60,000 nt of DNA from a virus. Made by a program: the position numbers and the translations under genes. The first letter of the stretch is position 1, and the number at the start of each line of letters is the position of its first letter. The notes below the pieces were generated by a model. It made no database searches, was not told the origin of the DNA, and saw nothing but the letters and a program-made list of their open reading frames with translations. The stretch is from the IMG/VR virus record IMGVR_UViG_3300025065_000002. One strand, written 5' to 3'. Positions 25,099 to 34,850 of the stretch are shown here, piece after piece.

Positions 25099-25340
25099 GT
25101 AAGTTTATAGCTAAGCAATCATTAATTTTAAATGATTACGAAAGTCATCGCTCGCTATCGTTTCAATTTTACGAACGCGGCGTAGTTATTAAGAGTCGGC
25201 AGGACGAGGTAAATAATAAAGAATGTGGCGCGGACCCAAGGTATTTTTCTTGCTTAATAGTCTCGCACCTAAAAAACGATGAAGCTATCAAGCTGCGTGA
25301 CCGCCTTTTAGCTCGATATCCACTTGAGGCTGACAAGTGA
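25095..25340 (+). CDS. Hypothetical protein (GTG start)
   Basis: ORF in the track, with the start overlapping the upstream stop. Confidence 0.55.
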   Translation: MSKFIAKQSLILNDYESHRSLSFQFYERGVVIKSRQDEVNNKECGADPRYFSCLIVSHLKNDEAIKLRDRLLARYPLEADK

Positions 25341-25645
25341 AAAAAGACCCGGCCGACTATACCGCAGGCGAGCGCAAGTTCGCTGATTTAGTGGCAGCGC
25401 TCAAGGCTGGCAAGCCGAACGCTATGATCTATCGTAAAAATTCAGCGGTGACAGAGAATGGCGATTTTGTCATTGGGTTGACGTATCACAGCGAGCGCCA
25501 ACGCTACACATGCAGCGCGATTGAGATTAACGGCGTGAGAGATAACGGCAAGCTGTGCGAGTGGGATAAAAGCGGTAAGGCTGTAGATTGCGATTGTAGC
25601 GATTTGGTTATGGGTTCGGTACATACGTCGGTCAGGACTATTTAA
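25337..25645 (+). CDS. Hypothetical protein (GTG start)
   Basis: ORF in the track, with the start overlapping the upstream stop. Confidence 0.55.
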   Translation: MKKDPADYTAGERKFADLVAALKAGKPNAMIYRKNSAVTENGDFVIGLTYHSERQRYTCSAIEINGVRDNGKLCEWDKSGKAVDCDCSDLVMGSVHTSVRTI

Positions 25646-25659
25646 AAGGGCAGGAGGGT

Positions 25660-26082
25660 GTGAAATTGGCGCGAAAAAGCAGTAAAAGACCTTCTAGTCT
25701 TGAGCGGTTGGTCAGAGAAATCACCGGAGAGCCTAAAAACAAGTTTAATGCGGTAAAAAAGACAGTGGACGGTATTAAATTTGACTCTACAAGAGAGTCG
25801 AAACGCTATGAAGAGTTAAAGCTGCTTGAGCGTGCTGGCAAGATTAAAGATTTAGAGGTTCAGCCGGTTTATGAGTTGGTGAAAAGCGTGAAGTACAAGA
25901 ATGCTAAACGTGCCAAGCCAGCCATGATATATACAGCAGATTTTAGATACTGGGATATCGAAAAAGGTGAGCTGGTGGTTGAGGATGTTAAATCGGTCGC
26001 CACCGCCAAGCTAACAGATTACATAATGCGACGGCACATGATGCTGGCATTCCACGGAATAGAAGTTTTGGAAACGTATTGA
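25660..26082 (+). CDS. DUF1064-family protein (nuclease-fold, resolvase-like role proposed for the family)
   Basis: AGGAGGG RBS. NKFNAVKKTVDGIKFDSTRESKRYEELKLLERAGKIKDLEVQPVYEL...YTADFRYWD...VVEDVKS. Confidence 0.72.
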   Translation: MKLARKSSKRPSSLERLVREITGEPKNKFNAVKKTVDGIKFDSTRESKRYEELKLLERAGKIKDLEVQPVYELVKSVKYKNAKRAKPAMIYTADFRYWDIEKGELVVEDVKSVATAKLTDYIMRRHMMLAFHGIEVLETY

Positions 26083-26092
26083 GGAGCTATCA

Positions 26093-26272
26093 ATGACTGA
26101 GGAATTAAAGGCGCTAATTCAAGCGGCAAAAGCTGTCCGAAAGTCGCTAATTGAGTACGACGAAGACGAGCACGCCAGCGGTGAAATTTTTTACTGTGAA
26201 ATGATGAGCGAGTCGGTCGACTTACTATCTTACGCTGTGAAGGAATACGAGGAATCTATTAATGACAATTAA
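26093..26272 (+). CDS. 59-aa acidic protein (below the ORF-track cut-off)
   Basis: GAGGAG RBS. My translation is MTEELKALIQAAKAVRKSLIEYDEDEHASGEIFYCEMMSESVDLLSYAVKEYEESINDN. Confidence 0.5.
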   Translation: MTEELKALIQAAKAVRKSLIEYDEDEHASGEIFYCEMMSESVDLLSYAVKEYEESINDN

Positions 26273-27221
26273 ATCTAAAACGCTGGCAGGACTGGGTATG
26301 CGAACACTTGATGAGTATGTAGATAGCTTGCCAGCTCATGCTGAAAAGCCAGAAGTTTGGGTAAATATAAACGACGACAGTTGCATCAATGTTAGCCATA
26401 TTGGTAGTAAGTACGCTTATTACAGCAAAGACGGTAGCTCAGACAGTCACAGCATGGATATAAAGCATTTTACCGAGAATTATAGGCTGGCAGGACTAGG
26501 AAAAGAGTTAGCACCAGCAGCTGACGACACATTCAACGATGACACGGTAGCGCAGACTTTCGGTGTGCTAGAAAATATGCGAAAGATTATTTGTTTGAAG
26601 TGTGGTTTGGGTTACCAGCTTTACCACAACAGGGTCTCAATGGAGCGCGATGGTATGTGTCGCAAGTGTTTTGATAAGGCAAATGCTAGCAAAATGCGTC
26701 TCGTTGGTATTGCAGGCCCAGCACGCGCAGGAAAGGACACGCTCGCCAGCTATATGCTCGATAACTTAGATGGTGTTTGGTCGCGCTCATCGTTTGCAGA
26801 TCCGATGAAGGCTATGCTTAACGCCATAGACGTCGATACCAGCGATGAAGCTAAGGATTTACCCTTAAATCAATACGGCTTATCTACGCGCCACATGCTA
26901 CAAACACTTGGTACTGAATGGGGTCGTGACCGTAACGGCAATAGCTTTTGGATTGATGTTTTTTCAAGAAGCAATGCTGGCGAGTGCGTGATTGTGCCTG
27001 ATGTTCGTTTTGAGAATGAAGCGGAGCTGGTACGAGAGCATGGCGTGCTAATTCATCTGGTCGGACGCGGCGGTATTGAAGGCAGTCACGTATCAGAAAA
27101 CGCTATTGAGTTTAAGCCTGGCGATATTGTGATTGATAATTCGCGTGACTTGGCCTGGTTGCATGGTCAGGTTGATGGAAATGCGGTGTTGGGTGATTTT
27201 ATTGCGGAGGTGAGCGAGTGA
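26262..27221 (+). CDS. dNMP-kinase-like P-loop protein with about 145-aa N-terminal extension containing a CxxC...CxxC ribbon
   Basis: LVGIAGPARAGKDTLASYM is a P-loop. FADPMKAML, LQTLGTEWGRD and IVPDVRFENEAELV are also present. The N-terminal part has CLKCGLGYQLYHNRVSMERDGMCRKC. Confidence 0.68.
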   Translation: MTIKSKTLAGLGMRTLDEYVDSLPAHAEKPEVWVNINDDSCINVSHIGSKYAYYSKDGSSDSHSMDIKHFTENYRLAGLGKELAPAADDTFNDDTVAQTFGVLENMRKIICLKCGLGYQLYHNRVSMERDGMCRKCFDKANASKMRLVGIAGPARAGKDTLASYMLDNLDGVWSRSSFADPMKAMLNAIDVDTSDEAKDLPLNQYGLSTRHMLQTLGTEWGRDRNGNSFWIDVFSRSNAGECVIVPDVRFENEAELVREHGVLIHLVGRGGIEGSHVSENAIEFKPGDIVIDNSRDLAWLHGQVDGNAVLGDFIAEVSE

Positions 27222-27394
27222 GAGGCATTATTCTAGCGTTGGCCGCAATTCATTTTGCCCCTTTGGTGATTGTTGTTTGGTTAGAGCTTTTTGACTTGGT
27301 GGACTTAAAGGACGGTCAGTATGTCGCTTTAATCCTCACTTCTTTAATGGGTACTTTATTCTTGCTTGGCTTGTTGTGGTGCAACAACGAGTAA
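27218..27394 (+). CDS. 58-aa two-TM membrane protein (GTG start, below the ORF-track cut-off)
   Basis: My translation is (M)RGIILALAAIHFAPLVIVVWLELFDLVDLKDGQYVALILTSLMGTLFLLGLLWCNNE. The GTG overlaps the upstream TGA. Confidence 0.45.
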   Translation: MRGIILALAAIHFAPLVIVVWLELFDLVDLKDGQYVALILTSLMGTLFLLGLLWCNNE

Positions 27395-27503
27395 GGGTGG
27401 TAAATAAAAACCGCCCACGTTGGCAGACGTGAGCGGTTTGGCTGGCAAGTAACAGAGCAATGTTATCGCATGTTGATTATATAATACTTTGAGGACGAAT
27501 CAC

Positions 27504-27971
27504 ATGCAGATGACGAACAAGCAAAGAGTATTGGACGCGATTATCGACTTGCATAATCAGGAGCAGATAGTCACACGCGAAACGCTGTCTGACATAATTG
27601 ATTTAAAAATGTCGATTATAGACGATAACCTAACCACGCTTACTAATGATGGTTTTATTCATCGCGTGCAGCGTGGCGTCTATGTGCCGACAGTCGAGCA
27701 CAAGCCAGCGCGAATTATCAGCAAGATTGTATTGCCGGACGGCACGACAGTGATAGATATCGGTGACAAGACAGTCCTTACGCTGACACCAAAGGAGAGC
27801 AGGATACTTGGCAATCTCATGATGTGTGAGGCATTGCAGTACAGCAATATAGAGTCAGGTCATCATGCAGCGTTGACGACAGCTAAGATGGATTTAGAGT
27901 TGAAGAATATGCGCAAGGTGCTAAGAGAGTTATCAGCACACACGCAGACGGCTCAGGCTGGCTTGTTTTAA
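27504..27971 (+). CDS. Winged-helix-like DNA-binding protein, candidate late-gene regulator
   Basis: GAGGA lies 8 nt before ATG 27504. KQRVLDAIIDLHNQEQIVTRETLSDIIDLKMSIIDDNLTTLTNDGFIHRVQRGVYVP. It is one of the last early genes before the late block. Confidence 0.5.
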   Translation: MQMTNKQRVLDAIIDLHNQEQIVTRETLSDIIDLKMSIIDDNLTTLTNDGFIHRVQRGVYVPTVEHKPARIISKIVLPDGTTVIDIGDKTVLTLTPKESRILGNLMMCEALQYSNIESGHHAALTTAKMDLELKNMRKVLRELSAHTQTAQAGLF

Positions 27972-27988
27972 AAACTACGGAGTTAATT

Positions 27989-28426
27989 ATGGTTAGTCGA
28001 TTTTACTTAAATGCCGAAGATAAAATGAAAGATGGCTCGATAGACTGGGTGAATGATACCGTTAAAGCTATGTTTGTTAATACACAGATATATAACTTTG
28101 ATGCCGCGCATTCTGCTTTATCGGATATTTCTTTATCGGCGCGTGTTGGCAAAGCTGCGTCATTGACAAACAAAAGGTTTGTTTTTGATGCAGCTGCCGC
28201 AGATGACTTGTACTTTGAATATCTGATTGGCGCTATGGTTGGCAGTCTAGTTTTATACAAAGATAATGGTGAAGACGATACAAGTGACTTAATTGTTTAT
28301 ATTGGCAACTGCTTTGGCATGCCTTTTTTGCCTAACGGTGGTGACGTTACGATCACTTGGGATAGAGGTTTGAAGAAGATATTTACGCTATACGACATGC
28401 CTGCCACGACACGTAGTTGCGTGTAA
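27989..28426 (+). CDS. Paralogue of virion-module gene 40084..40491
   Basis: Blocks shared with 40084..40491 are I(D/N)W..DT.K, LSDIS.SAR, YKD.G, LI.YI and G.P..PNGGD...TWD.G..KIF.L. Confidence 0.7.
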   Translation: MVSRFYLNAEDKMKDGSIDWVNDTVKAMFVNTQIYNFDAAHSALSDISLSARVGKAASLTNKRFVFDAAAADDLYFEYLIGAMVGSLVLYKDNGEDDTSDLIVYIGNCFGMPFLPNGGDVTITWDRGLKKIFTLYDMPATTRSCV

Positions 28427-28455
28427 TTCGCAAAACCTGCAAACAAGACAACAAT

Positions 28456-28480
28456 ACCTCGCAAAACGTGAGGTTTTTTT
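28456..28480 (+). terminator. Intrinsic terminator ending the rightward early operon
   Basis: Short stem acctc / gaggt then a T7 run, followed by gtgcc as at the other late-block terminators. Confidence 0.6.
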
Positions 28481-28560
28481 GTGCCTGACAACCATTAATT
28501 GCGATAAAACGCATTAAACGCGCATTAAATTGCTCGCCAGCTCGCACAGCGTGCGTCCTT

Positions 28561-28577
28561 ACCCCTATAAGGTTCGC
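28561..28577 (+). promoter_or_regulatory. Late-block motif copy 2 (ACCCCTATAAGGTTCGC)
   Basis: Exact 17-mer, 71 nt upstream of the TerS ATG at 28632. Confidence 0.6.
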
Positions 28578-28631
28578 ACTTTTCACGTACAGGCTCTAAC
28601 ATCATGCTATTAAAGGCGTTTGGAGTCTGTC

Positions 28632-29324
28632 ATGAGTAAGAAAAACAACAAGCCCGATTGTGATTGGGAAGAAATTGAACGTCTTTATCGTGCAGACTTG
28701 CGTACCAACGCACAACTTGCGCGAGATTTCGACGTACACGCAACCACTATCACACGCAGAGCTAAGAAACATGCGTGGAAGCGTGACTTAAAGCACCGCA
28801 TTAAAGAGCGCGCTAACGCATTGGTGCAAGAGCGTGCGGTTAAAGTGCTGGCAAGTGATGATCAAACGATTGAAGAAAACGCACAAATCACAGCCAACGT
28901 GCGACTGTCTCATCGTCAAGACATTGGTGATGCTCGCAGCATTGCCATGACCTTGCTCGATGACCTGAAGGCACAGATTGGCACAGACAACCGCGCACGC
29001 TTAGAAGACTTGTTTATAGCAGCGCTACAAGCAGAAGTCGTCGATGCAAGCCAGCTTGAAGCTTATGAGCGTGTCACGTCTCTTGCTAATCACGTTCGCA
29101 TCATGAAAGAGCTTGCAGACACGATGACCAAGCTTGTGACATTAGAGCGTCAGGCTTATGGCCTCGATGACATGGACAGCTCGCCAGTCGATGCACTCAC
29201 CACATTGCTACACAGTATTGCCAATAATAACGGCAACGCGTTTGCTGTGGTCAAAGACGATCCAGCGTATGAAGACGAGCCAGCAACCAACACCATCGGT
29301 GTGAGTGGAGATGATGATGCGTAA
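28632..29324 (+). CDS. Terminase small subunit
   Basis: GGAG RBS. The N-terminal HTH is EEIERLYRADLRTNAQLARDFDVHATTITRRAKKHAW. It sits directly upstream of TerL. Confidence 0.7.
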   Translation: MSKKNNKPDCDWEEIERLYRADLRTNAQLARDFDVHATTITRRAKKHAWKRDLKHRIKERANALVQERAVKVLASDDQTIEENAQITANVRLSHRQDIGDARSIAMTLLDDLKAQIGTDNRARLEDLFIAALQAEVVDASQLEAYERVTSLANHVRIMKELADTMTKLVTLERQAYGLDDMDSSPVDALTTLLHSIANNNGNAFAVVKDDPAYEDEPATNTIGVSGDDDA

Positions 29325-29416
29325 ACGTAAAGTATTACTTGAGATTGTATTGATAGCGATTGATGTTGCATGTGTCGCTTACACCAAGCGCAAACGTAAG
29401 CGCGAAGAGCGTGATA

Positions 29417-31033
29417 ATGCCTAACATAGTCCATACCACAGCCTTAAACCCACTACCAACCGATGCAGCTGAGCTGGCAAGATGCTTGGCTGATCCCGTT
29501 TGGCGTGTGTTTAGCGGCTGTCTGTATAAGATTATGATCAAAGGTGATGACGAAGAAGATGTTGAAGCTGAAAGCTATGTCGTACCATTCAAGCCCAATG
29601 CAGCACAGAGACTATTTGTTGATAGATTGTGGCACCGCAATATTATCCTGAAGGCTCGCCAGCTTGGTTTTACCACGCTCATAGCAATCTTGTGGCTTGA
29701 CCATGCACTTTTTAATGCCGATCAGCGCTGCGGTATTATCGCGCAGGACAAGAACGCAGCCGAGGTTATCTTTCGCGATAAAGTAAAGTTTGCCTATGAG
29801 AATCTACCGGTTGAGATACGCGAGCGCTTCCCTTTAAAGCGTGACAGCGCTGCTGAGCTACTATTCGAGCACAACAACTCATCTATTCGTGTCGCAACAT
29901 CCATGCGTTCGGGCACCATTCATCGTCTGCATATCTCAGAGTTTGGCAAAATTTGCGCCAAATATCCGGACAAAGCCAAAGAGGTAATGACCGGCTCAAT
30001 CCCTGCCGTACCTGCCAGCGGCATCTTAGTCATCGAATCAACCGCCGAAGGTCGAGAGGGTGACTTCTTTCGCTTAACCCAAGCCGCGCAAAAGCATTTC
30101 TATTCACGCAAAAAGCTCTCGAGCAAAGATTATCGATTGCACTTCTACGCTTGGTGGCAAGAAGACAACTACCGTGTTAACTCACGCACTGTCGATATCA
30201 CTGACAAAGAGCATGAATACTTTGATCAAGTTGAGATGATAGCCAAGCGTGACATGGGTATCGATATGAAACTCGATCCCGATCAACGTGCTTGGTATGT
30301 CGCAATCAAGAACAGTGACTTCGTTGGCGCTGAAGAACGCATGTGGCAAGAGTACCCCTCATTCCCTGACGAGCCATTCCAAGTCAGCACAGAAGGTCAT
30401 TACTACGCAAAAGATATGCTACAGCTACGCAAACGTGGCGGTATTTGTCATATTGACGAGCTCGACATTCCAGTCGATACGTTTTGGGATATTGGCAACT
30501 CAGATGGCTGTGCTATTTGGTTCTTACAACACATGAATGGCCAAGACCGCTGGATAAGATACTACGAAGCACACAATGAGACGCTAAAACACTATGTCGC
30601 ACAGCTTAGAAGCTACGGCTATGTGTTTGGGCGCCACTTCTTACCGCACGACGCTGACCACAAGCGCTTATCAGACACGAACAAGAGCACACGCGAGATG
30701 CTAGAAGACCTCATGCCCGGTGAAGTCTTTGAAGTCGTGCCGCTTATCAGTGAGCTTATGAATGGCATTCAGCAAACAAGAGCTGCGATGAAAGGTTATT
30801 ACTTTGACGAGGTTGATTGCCAGCTCGGTATTAAGCGCGTCGAAGGTTATAAGAAAGTCTTTAGCACAAAAGATATGCGCTATACGAACAGACCAAACAA
30901 GGCGAATGGCTGTAGTGAAGGTGCTGATGCACTCAGGCAACACGCACAAGCAAAAGAGGCTGGCATGTTAGACAGGTCAGATAAAACCACCACTTACGAA
31001 GAACAAGACGCTGACGACTGGCGTGTAATGTAG
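29417..31033 (+). CDS. Terminase large subunit
   Basis: LKARQLGFTTLIA is a terminase-type deviant Walker A. Also present are IIAQDK, STAEG and the C-terminal nuclease-like FLPHDADH. The start is uncertain (the track gives 29360; I prefer ATG 29417). Confidence 0.85.
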   Translation: MPNIVHTTALNPLPTDAAELARCLADPVWRVFSGCLYKIMIKGDDEEDVEAESYVVPFKPNAAQRLFVDRLWHRNIILKARQLGFTTLIAILWLDHALFNADQRCGIIAQDKNAAEVIFRDKVKFAYENLPVEIRERFPLKRDSAAELLFEHNNSSIRVATSMRSGTIHRLHISEFGKICAKYPDKAKEVMTGSIPAVPASGILVIESTAEGREGDFFRLTQAAQKHFYSRKKLSSKDYRLHFYAWWQEDNYRVNSRTVDITDKEHEYFDQVEMIAKRDMGIDMKLDPDQRAWYVAIKNSDFVGAEERMWQEYPSFPDEPFQVSTEGHYYAKDMLQLRKRGGICHIDELDIPVDTFWDIGNSDGCAIWFLQHMNGQDRWIRYYEAHNETLKHYVAQLRSYGYVFGRHFLPHDADHKRLSDTNKSTREMLEDLMPGEVFEVVPLISELMNGIQQTRAAMKGYYFDEVDCQLGIKRVEGYKKVFSTKDMRYTNRPNKANGCSEGADALRQHAQAKEAGMLDRSDKTTTYEEQDADDWRVM

Positions 31034-31044
31034 AGGATTGAGAT

Positions 31045-33300
31045 ATGAGTATAGATGTGACAGACACGCCAGCCGACGACCAAGCGCTGAGCTTAATTGA
31101 GTATCAAGATATTATCAACGAGATTGAGGAGCAACCGCGCTGGCGAGCCATTGCTGATAGCGAGATGGATTATGCTGACGGCAATCAATTAGACGGTGAG
31201 TTGCTTAAAAGACAGCGAGATTTAGGCTTGCCGCCTGCCGTTGAGAACTTAATCGGTCCCGCGCTTAGAGCGATTCAAGGCTATGAGGCGACTGTACGAA
31301 CTGATTGGCGCGTGACACCAAACGGCGAAGTTGGCGGGCAAGACGTAGCAGATGCTTTGAATTACAAGATCAATCAAGCTGAGCGTAATAGTAAAGCCGA
31401 TAAAGCTTGCTCAGATGCGTTCGAGACGCAAATCAAGTGCGGCATTGGCTGGGTTGAAGTGAGTAAAGAGACTGACCCGTTTAAATATCCATATCGTTGC
31501 CGTAAGATTCATCGCAATGAGATTCACTGGGACATGCGAGCGACTGAAGCAGACTTGTCCGATGCTAGATGGTTGCGCCGTGCTAAATGGCTCAGAGCCG
31601 AACGTATTGCGCTGTCATTCCCTGAGCACAAAGAGATGATCATGAATCTAGGTCGCTATGGCATGAACTCGTGGTATATGTCACCAAGCTATGATGGTGG
31701 TGGTTCGACTGGGCTCGAAGGTTCGCATGGGTTAGGTCGAGGTAATACGCTGCATGAAGAGCGCTGGTACAATCCGACCAATAAAGAGCTGTGCGTGTTT
31801 GAGCTATGGTATAGACGCTGGGAGCAAGCAACGGTTATTAAGACACCTGATGGCCGCGTCGTTGAGTATGACGAGGACAATCAAAACCATGTGATGGCTG
31901 TGGCCGCTGGCATGACCAAGCCGATTATGGCAACTGTAACTCGTATGCGCCGCTCATATTGGTTGGGACCGCATTTATTGCACGACAGCCCATCGCCTTA
32001 TAGTCACACGCACTTTCCTTATGTGCCATTTTGGGGCTTTAAGGAGGATGCGACTGGCATACCTTATGGTTATGTTCGTGATATGAAATACTCGCAAGAC
32101 AGTTTGAATAGTGCGCTTGCTAAGTTGCGCTGGGGAATGTCTGTTACTCGTGTTGAACGTACCAAAGGCGCAGTTGCTATGACTGATGCTCAGTTACGCA
32201 GACAAGCCGCAAGACCGGATGGTGACATCGTGCTTGATGCTAAGCACATGGGCGAAAAAGGTGCGCGTTTTGAGATTATTCGAGACTATCAGCTGACTAG
32301 CCAGCACTATCAAATGCTGACAGAAAACAGAGAGTCAATCAGCCGCACGTCCGGTATTACGGACCCATTCCAAGGCAAAGGTAACGCACAATCAGGTTAT
32401 CAAGAGCAGCTGCAAGTCGAGCAGAGCAATCAAAGCCTAGCTGATGTGATGGATAACTTCCGCGAAGGTCGTAAGCACATGGGCGAGTTATTGTTATCGC
32501 TCATCATTGAGGACTTAGGACAAGAGCCGCAGACAATTATTATCGAAGGTGATGCTGTCACAGAAGAACGTGCAGTCACTATTAATGCGCCAGAGCGCGA
32601 TCCTGAGACTGGACAAGTCTATCTGTCTAACGATATCAGCAAGACGCGCCTCATGGTTGCACTGGAAGACGTGCCGAGCACGAATAGTTATCGCGGTCAG
32701 CAGCTCAATGCCCTAAGCGAAGTAACGAAAGCGCTTCCTGAGAAGTACATGGTTCCTGCAATCCCACACATGCTATCGCTTATGGATATTCCGAATAAGA
32801 AGAAATTCATTGAGGATATTAAAGCTGTGGATCAGCAACAATCACCGGAAGAAATCCAGCAGCAAATTGAGCAAGCCATTCAAGACGCGCTGGTCAAAGC
32901 TGGTAATGATATCAAGTTGCGCGAGCTTGAGCTTAAAGAGCGTAAAGCGGATAGCGAGATTAGAGGTATCGATGCTAAGACGGTGCAAACTGGCGTAGCT
33001 GCGAGTTATAGCGCAATGCAAGGCGGCGCTCAGATTGCACAGATGCCGCAGATAGCACCGATTGCTGATGAGATCATGATGAGTGCAGGCTATCAGCGTC
33101 CTGACCCTTACGGCGTTGATCCTAATTACTTAGCGCCCGACATGCCAGCACAGCCATTACCTGGTGATATGGCTGGCGAGTTGCCCGAAGGTGTGCAGCA
33201 AAACACCAGTCCGATGTACCCACCAGTACCGCAAGATGCTGGCTCGCCAATGCAAGGTATTGAAACGCCAACAATTACTGACAACTTGCCAGCGGAGTGA
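31045..33300 (+). CDS. Portal protein
   Basis: A 751-aa ORF immediately after TerL with a GAGGA RBS. The C-terminus is Pro/Gln-rich. The call rests on position and size. Confidence 0.75.
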   Translation: MSIDVTDTPADDQALSLIEYQDIINEIEEQPRWRAIADSEMDYADGNQLDGELLKRQRDLGLPPAVENLIGPALRAIQGYEATVRTDWRVTPNGEVGGQDVADALNYKINQAERNSKADKACSDAFETQIKCGIGWVEVSKETDPFKYPYRCRKIHRNEIHWDMRATEADLSDARWLRRAKWLRAERIALSFPEHKEMIMNLGRYGMNSWYMSPSYDGGGSTGLEGSHGLGRGNTLHEERWYNPTNKELCVFELWYRRWEQATVIKTPDGRVVEYDEDNQNHVMAVAAGMTKPIMATVTRMRRSYWLGPHLLHDSPSPYSHTHFPYVPFWGFKEDATGIPYGYVRDMKYSQDSLNSALAKLRWGMSVTRVERTKGAVAMTDAQLRRQAARPDGDIVLDAKHMGEKGARFEIIRDYQLTSQHYQMLTENRESISRTSGITDPFQGKGNAQSGYQEQLQVEQSNQSLADVMDNFREGRKHMGELLLSLIIEDLGQEPQTIIIEGDAVTEERAVTINAPERDPETGQVYLSNDISKTRLMVALEDVPSTNSYRGQQLNALSEVTKALPEKYMVPAIPHMLSLMDIPNKKKFIEDIKAVDQQQSPEEIQQQIEQAIQDALVKAGNDIKLRELELKERKADSEIRGIDAKTVQTGVAASYSAMQGGAQIAQMPQIAPIADEIMMSAGYQRPDPYGVDPNYLAPDMPAQPLPGDMAGELPEGVQQNTSPMYPPVPQDAGSPMQGIETPTITDNLPAE

Positions 33301-33412
33301 TAAACTGAATTGGTCAGCTAACGACTTGGGTAGCTCCTGAGTCGGACACGCGCATAACGCTGAGGCGCTTGCTGACATCCTTATTCAGTGATTACTTACA
33401 GCGAGTAATGAT

Positions 33413-34057
33413 ATGTCAGATAATAAAGATAAACCTCAATCTCAGATTATATCTACTGATGGCTTTCATGCCTTTGGTAATCTGCTTGATAACACCGACG
33501 AACCTATTAAGCACAAGAAGAAGCAACTACTTGTTAGGTATTATAAAAAAAGTGTTGTAAAAGACCTTGGCGAAGGAGTCAAGAGTTATATAGCAATTAC
33601 TGCACACACTACGCAGTATGATGTTACCGTCAAAGCCATTCTATCGTTTACTGATTTCAACTTAACCCACACTGTTGCCAACGCCATGATACGTGCGAAA
33701 CTTTCTGAAAAGGGATTGCATGTTGATAATATTGATTTGATTGATGCTGGTGAAAGTAAAGAGGCTTGGATTGCTCAACTAAAGCAGCGCGGTTTTAAAA
33801 TGGCTATGGATAATGATGGCTGGGTTGATGTGCATAGAATGTTCTTAGGTCAAGGTCGAAAGGATTATCACTTTTGCGATACTGATCTGAAGGTAGGTGA
33901 TAGAGCTGTCTTGGGTTGGTATGGCGAGCCTGAGAAGAATAAGTACATAGAGTTTACCTCCATAAGCAAAGGTCGTCTTGATTCTACTCAATGGAATTTT
34001 AGGTACTTAACTGGAGATGAGGTTGATCATGCTGGCGAGAACAAGGACGGTGAATAA
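33413..34057 (+). CDS. Hypothetical protein (accessory island gene 1)
   Basis: ORF in the track, with a TAATG overlap to the next gene. Confidence 0.6.
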   Translation: MSDNKDKPQSQIISTDGFHAFGNLLDNTDEPIKHKKKQLLVRYYKKSVVKDLGEGVKSYIAITAHTTQYDVTVKAILSFTDFNLTHTVANAMIRAKLSEKGLHVDNIDLIDAGESKEAWIAQLKQRGFKMAMDNDGWVDVHRMFLGQGRKDYHFCDTDLKVGDRAVLGWYGEPEKNKYIEFTSISKGRLDSTQWNFRYLTGDEVDHAGENKDGE

Positions 34058-34512
34058 TGGACTTACGCCCACCAGCTTTAATCAACAAGCAAGTAACTGA
34101 AGACATGCTTCATTGGATTATGATGCAGCCAAACACGGTTACTATGAATATAACCACCAAAGAATTTAATGTCACGCCAGCTAAAGGTGCACAAGACTAC
34201 CCGATTGAAGATAACTTGCGTCAGCTTATGCTTCGTGAGCTTACAATGATACTGGCCTATAACGGCTTTAGTTCAGAGCTTTTAAGTGACGATAAGCTCA
34301 AAGTATCTAAAGACCTATGGAGTATGGAGATTGAAAATATACTTCAGCAGATGCCTTTCGCTGATTATCTGCCACACCAGATAAAGAAAGCCTACGAACA
34401 TCATGAGTACGAAAGCCGCGACGCTGAGTATAGCACCGCTAGCTACCCAAACCGTGAGCGACTGGAGTCAATCAGGCAATTTATTATAGATAATACGGAA
34501 GGTGGTTTATGA
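34057..34512 (+). CDS. Hypothetical protein (accessory island gene 2)
   Basis: ORF in the track, translationally coupled. Confidence 0.6.
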   Translation: MDLRPPALINKQVTEDMLHWIMMQPNTVTMNITTKEFNVTPAKGAQDYPIEDNLRQLMLRELTMILAYNGFSSELLSDDKLKVSKDLWSMEIENILQQMPFADYLPHQIKKAYEHHEYESRDAEYSTASYPNRERLESIRQFIIDNTEGGL

Positions 34513-34850
34513 ACATCGACTTACTTATGAATGGTCAAGCGGAAGCAGTCAGCCTGAGCGAGCAGGGCATGACTGTCACTGAGTATATTCAACACTTAGT
34601 CTCTACCGATAACGCGCCAGCCACGATGATGGTTAATAAAAATAATGGCGTTGAGGTTCGACTTGCGTTGTCAACAACTTCGTATGATGCACCAATTAAA
34701 AAACCGGACGGCAGTAGAAGTCAGATGGTTATTAATGTTAATGACATGCTGACTGATAATGATGTGCTATTGTTTCGTGCCAAGCCAGCCACGCAAGGTG
34801 TGGGGATTGGTGAGGCGTTGCAGCAGTTGATAGATGAGGTGAAATTATGA
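34509..34850 (+). CDS. Hypothetical protein (accessory island gene 3)
   Basis: ORF in the track, with an ATGA overlap. Confidence 0.6.
   Translation: MNIDLLMNGQAEAVSLSEQGMTVTEYIQHLVSTDNAPATMMVNKNNGVEVRLALSTTSYDAPIKKPDGSRSQMVINVNDMLTDNDVLLFRAKPATQGVGIGEALQQLIDEVKL

Noticed and set aside
27440-27500. TATAAT hexamer at 27480-27485 as a promoter for the wHTH gene
   Set aside because: No acceptable -35 element sits at 16-18 nt spacing and there is no extended -10 TG. It could be fortuitous in AT-rich DNA.
29311-29424. 37-codon ORF (MMMRKRKVLLEIVLIAIDVACVAYTKRKRKREERDNA) bridging the TerS stop and the TerL start
   Set aside because: It is very short with no clear RBS, and it overlaps both neighbours. 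It might be a real small membrane protein, but the sequence alone gives insufficient support.
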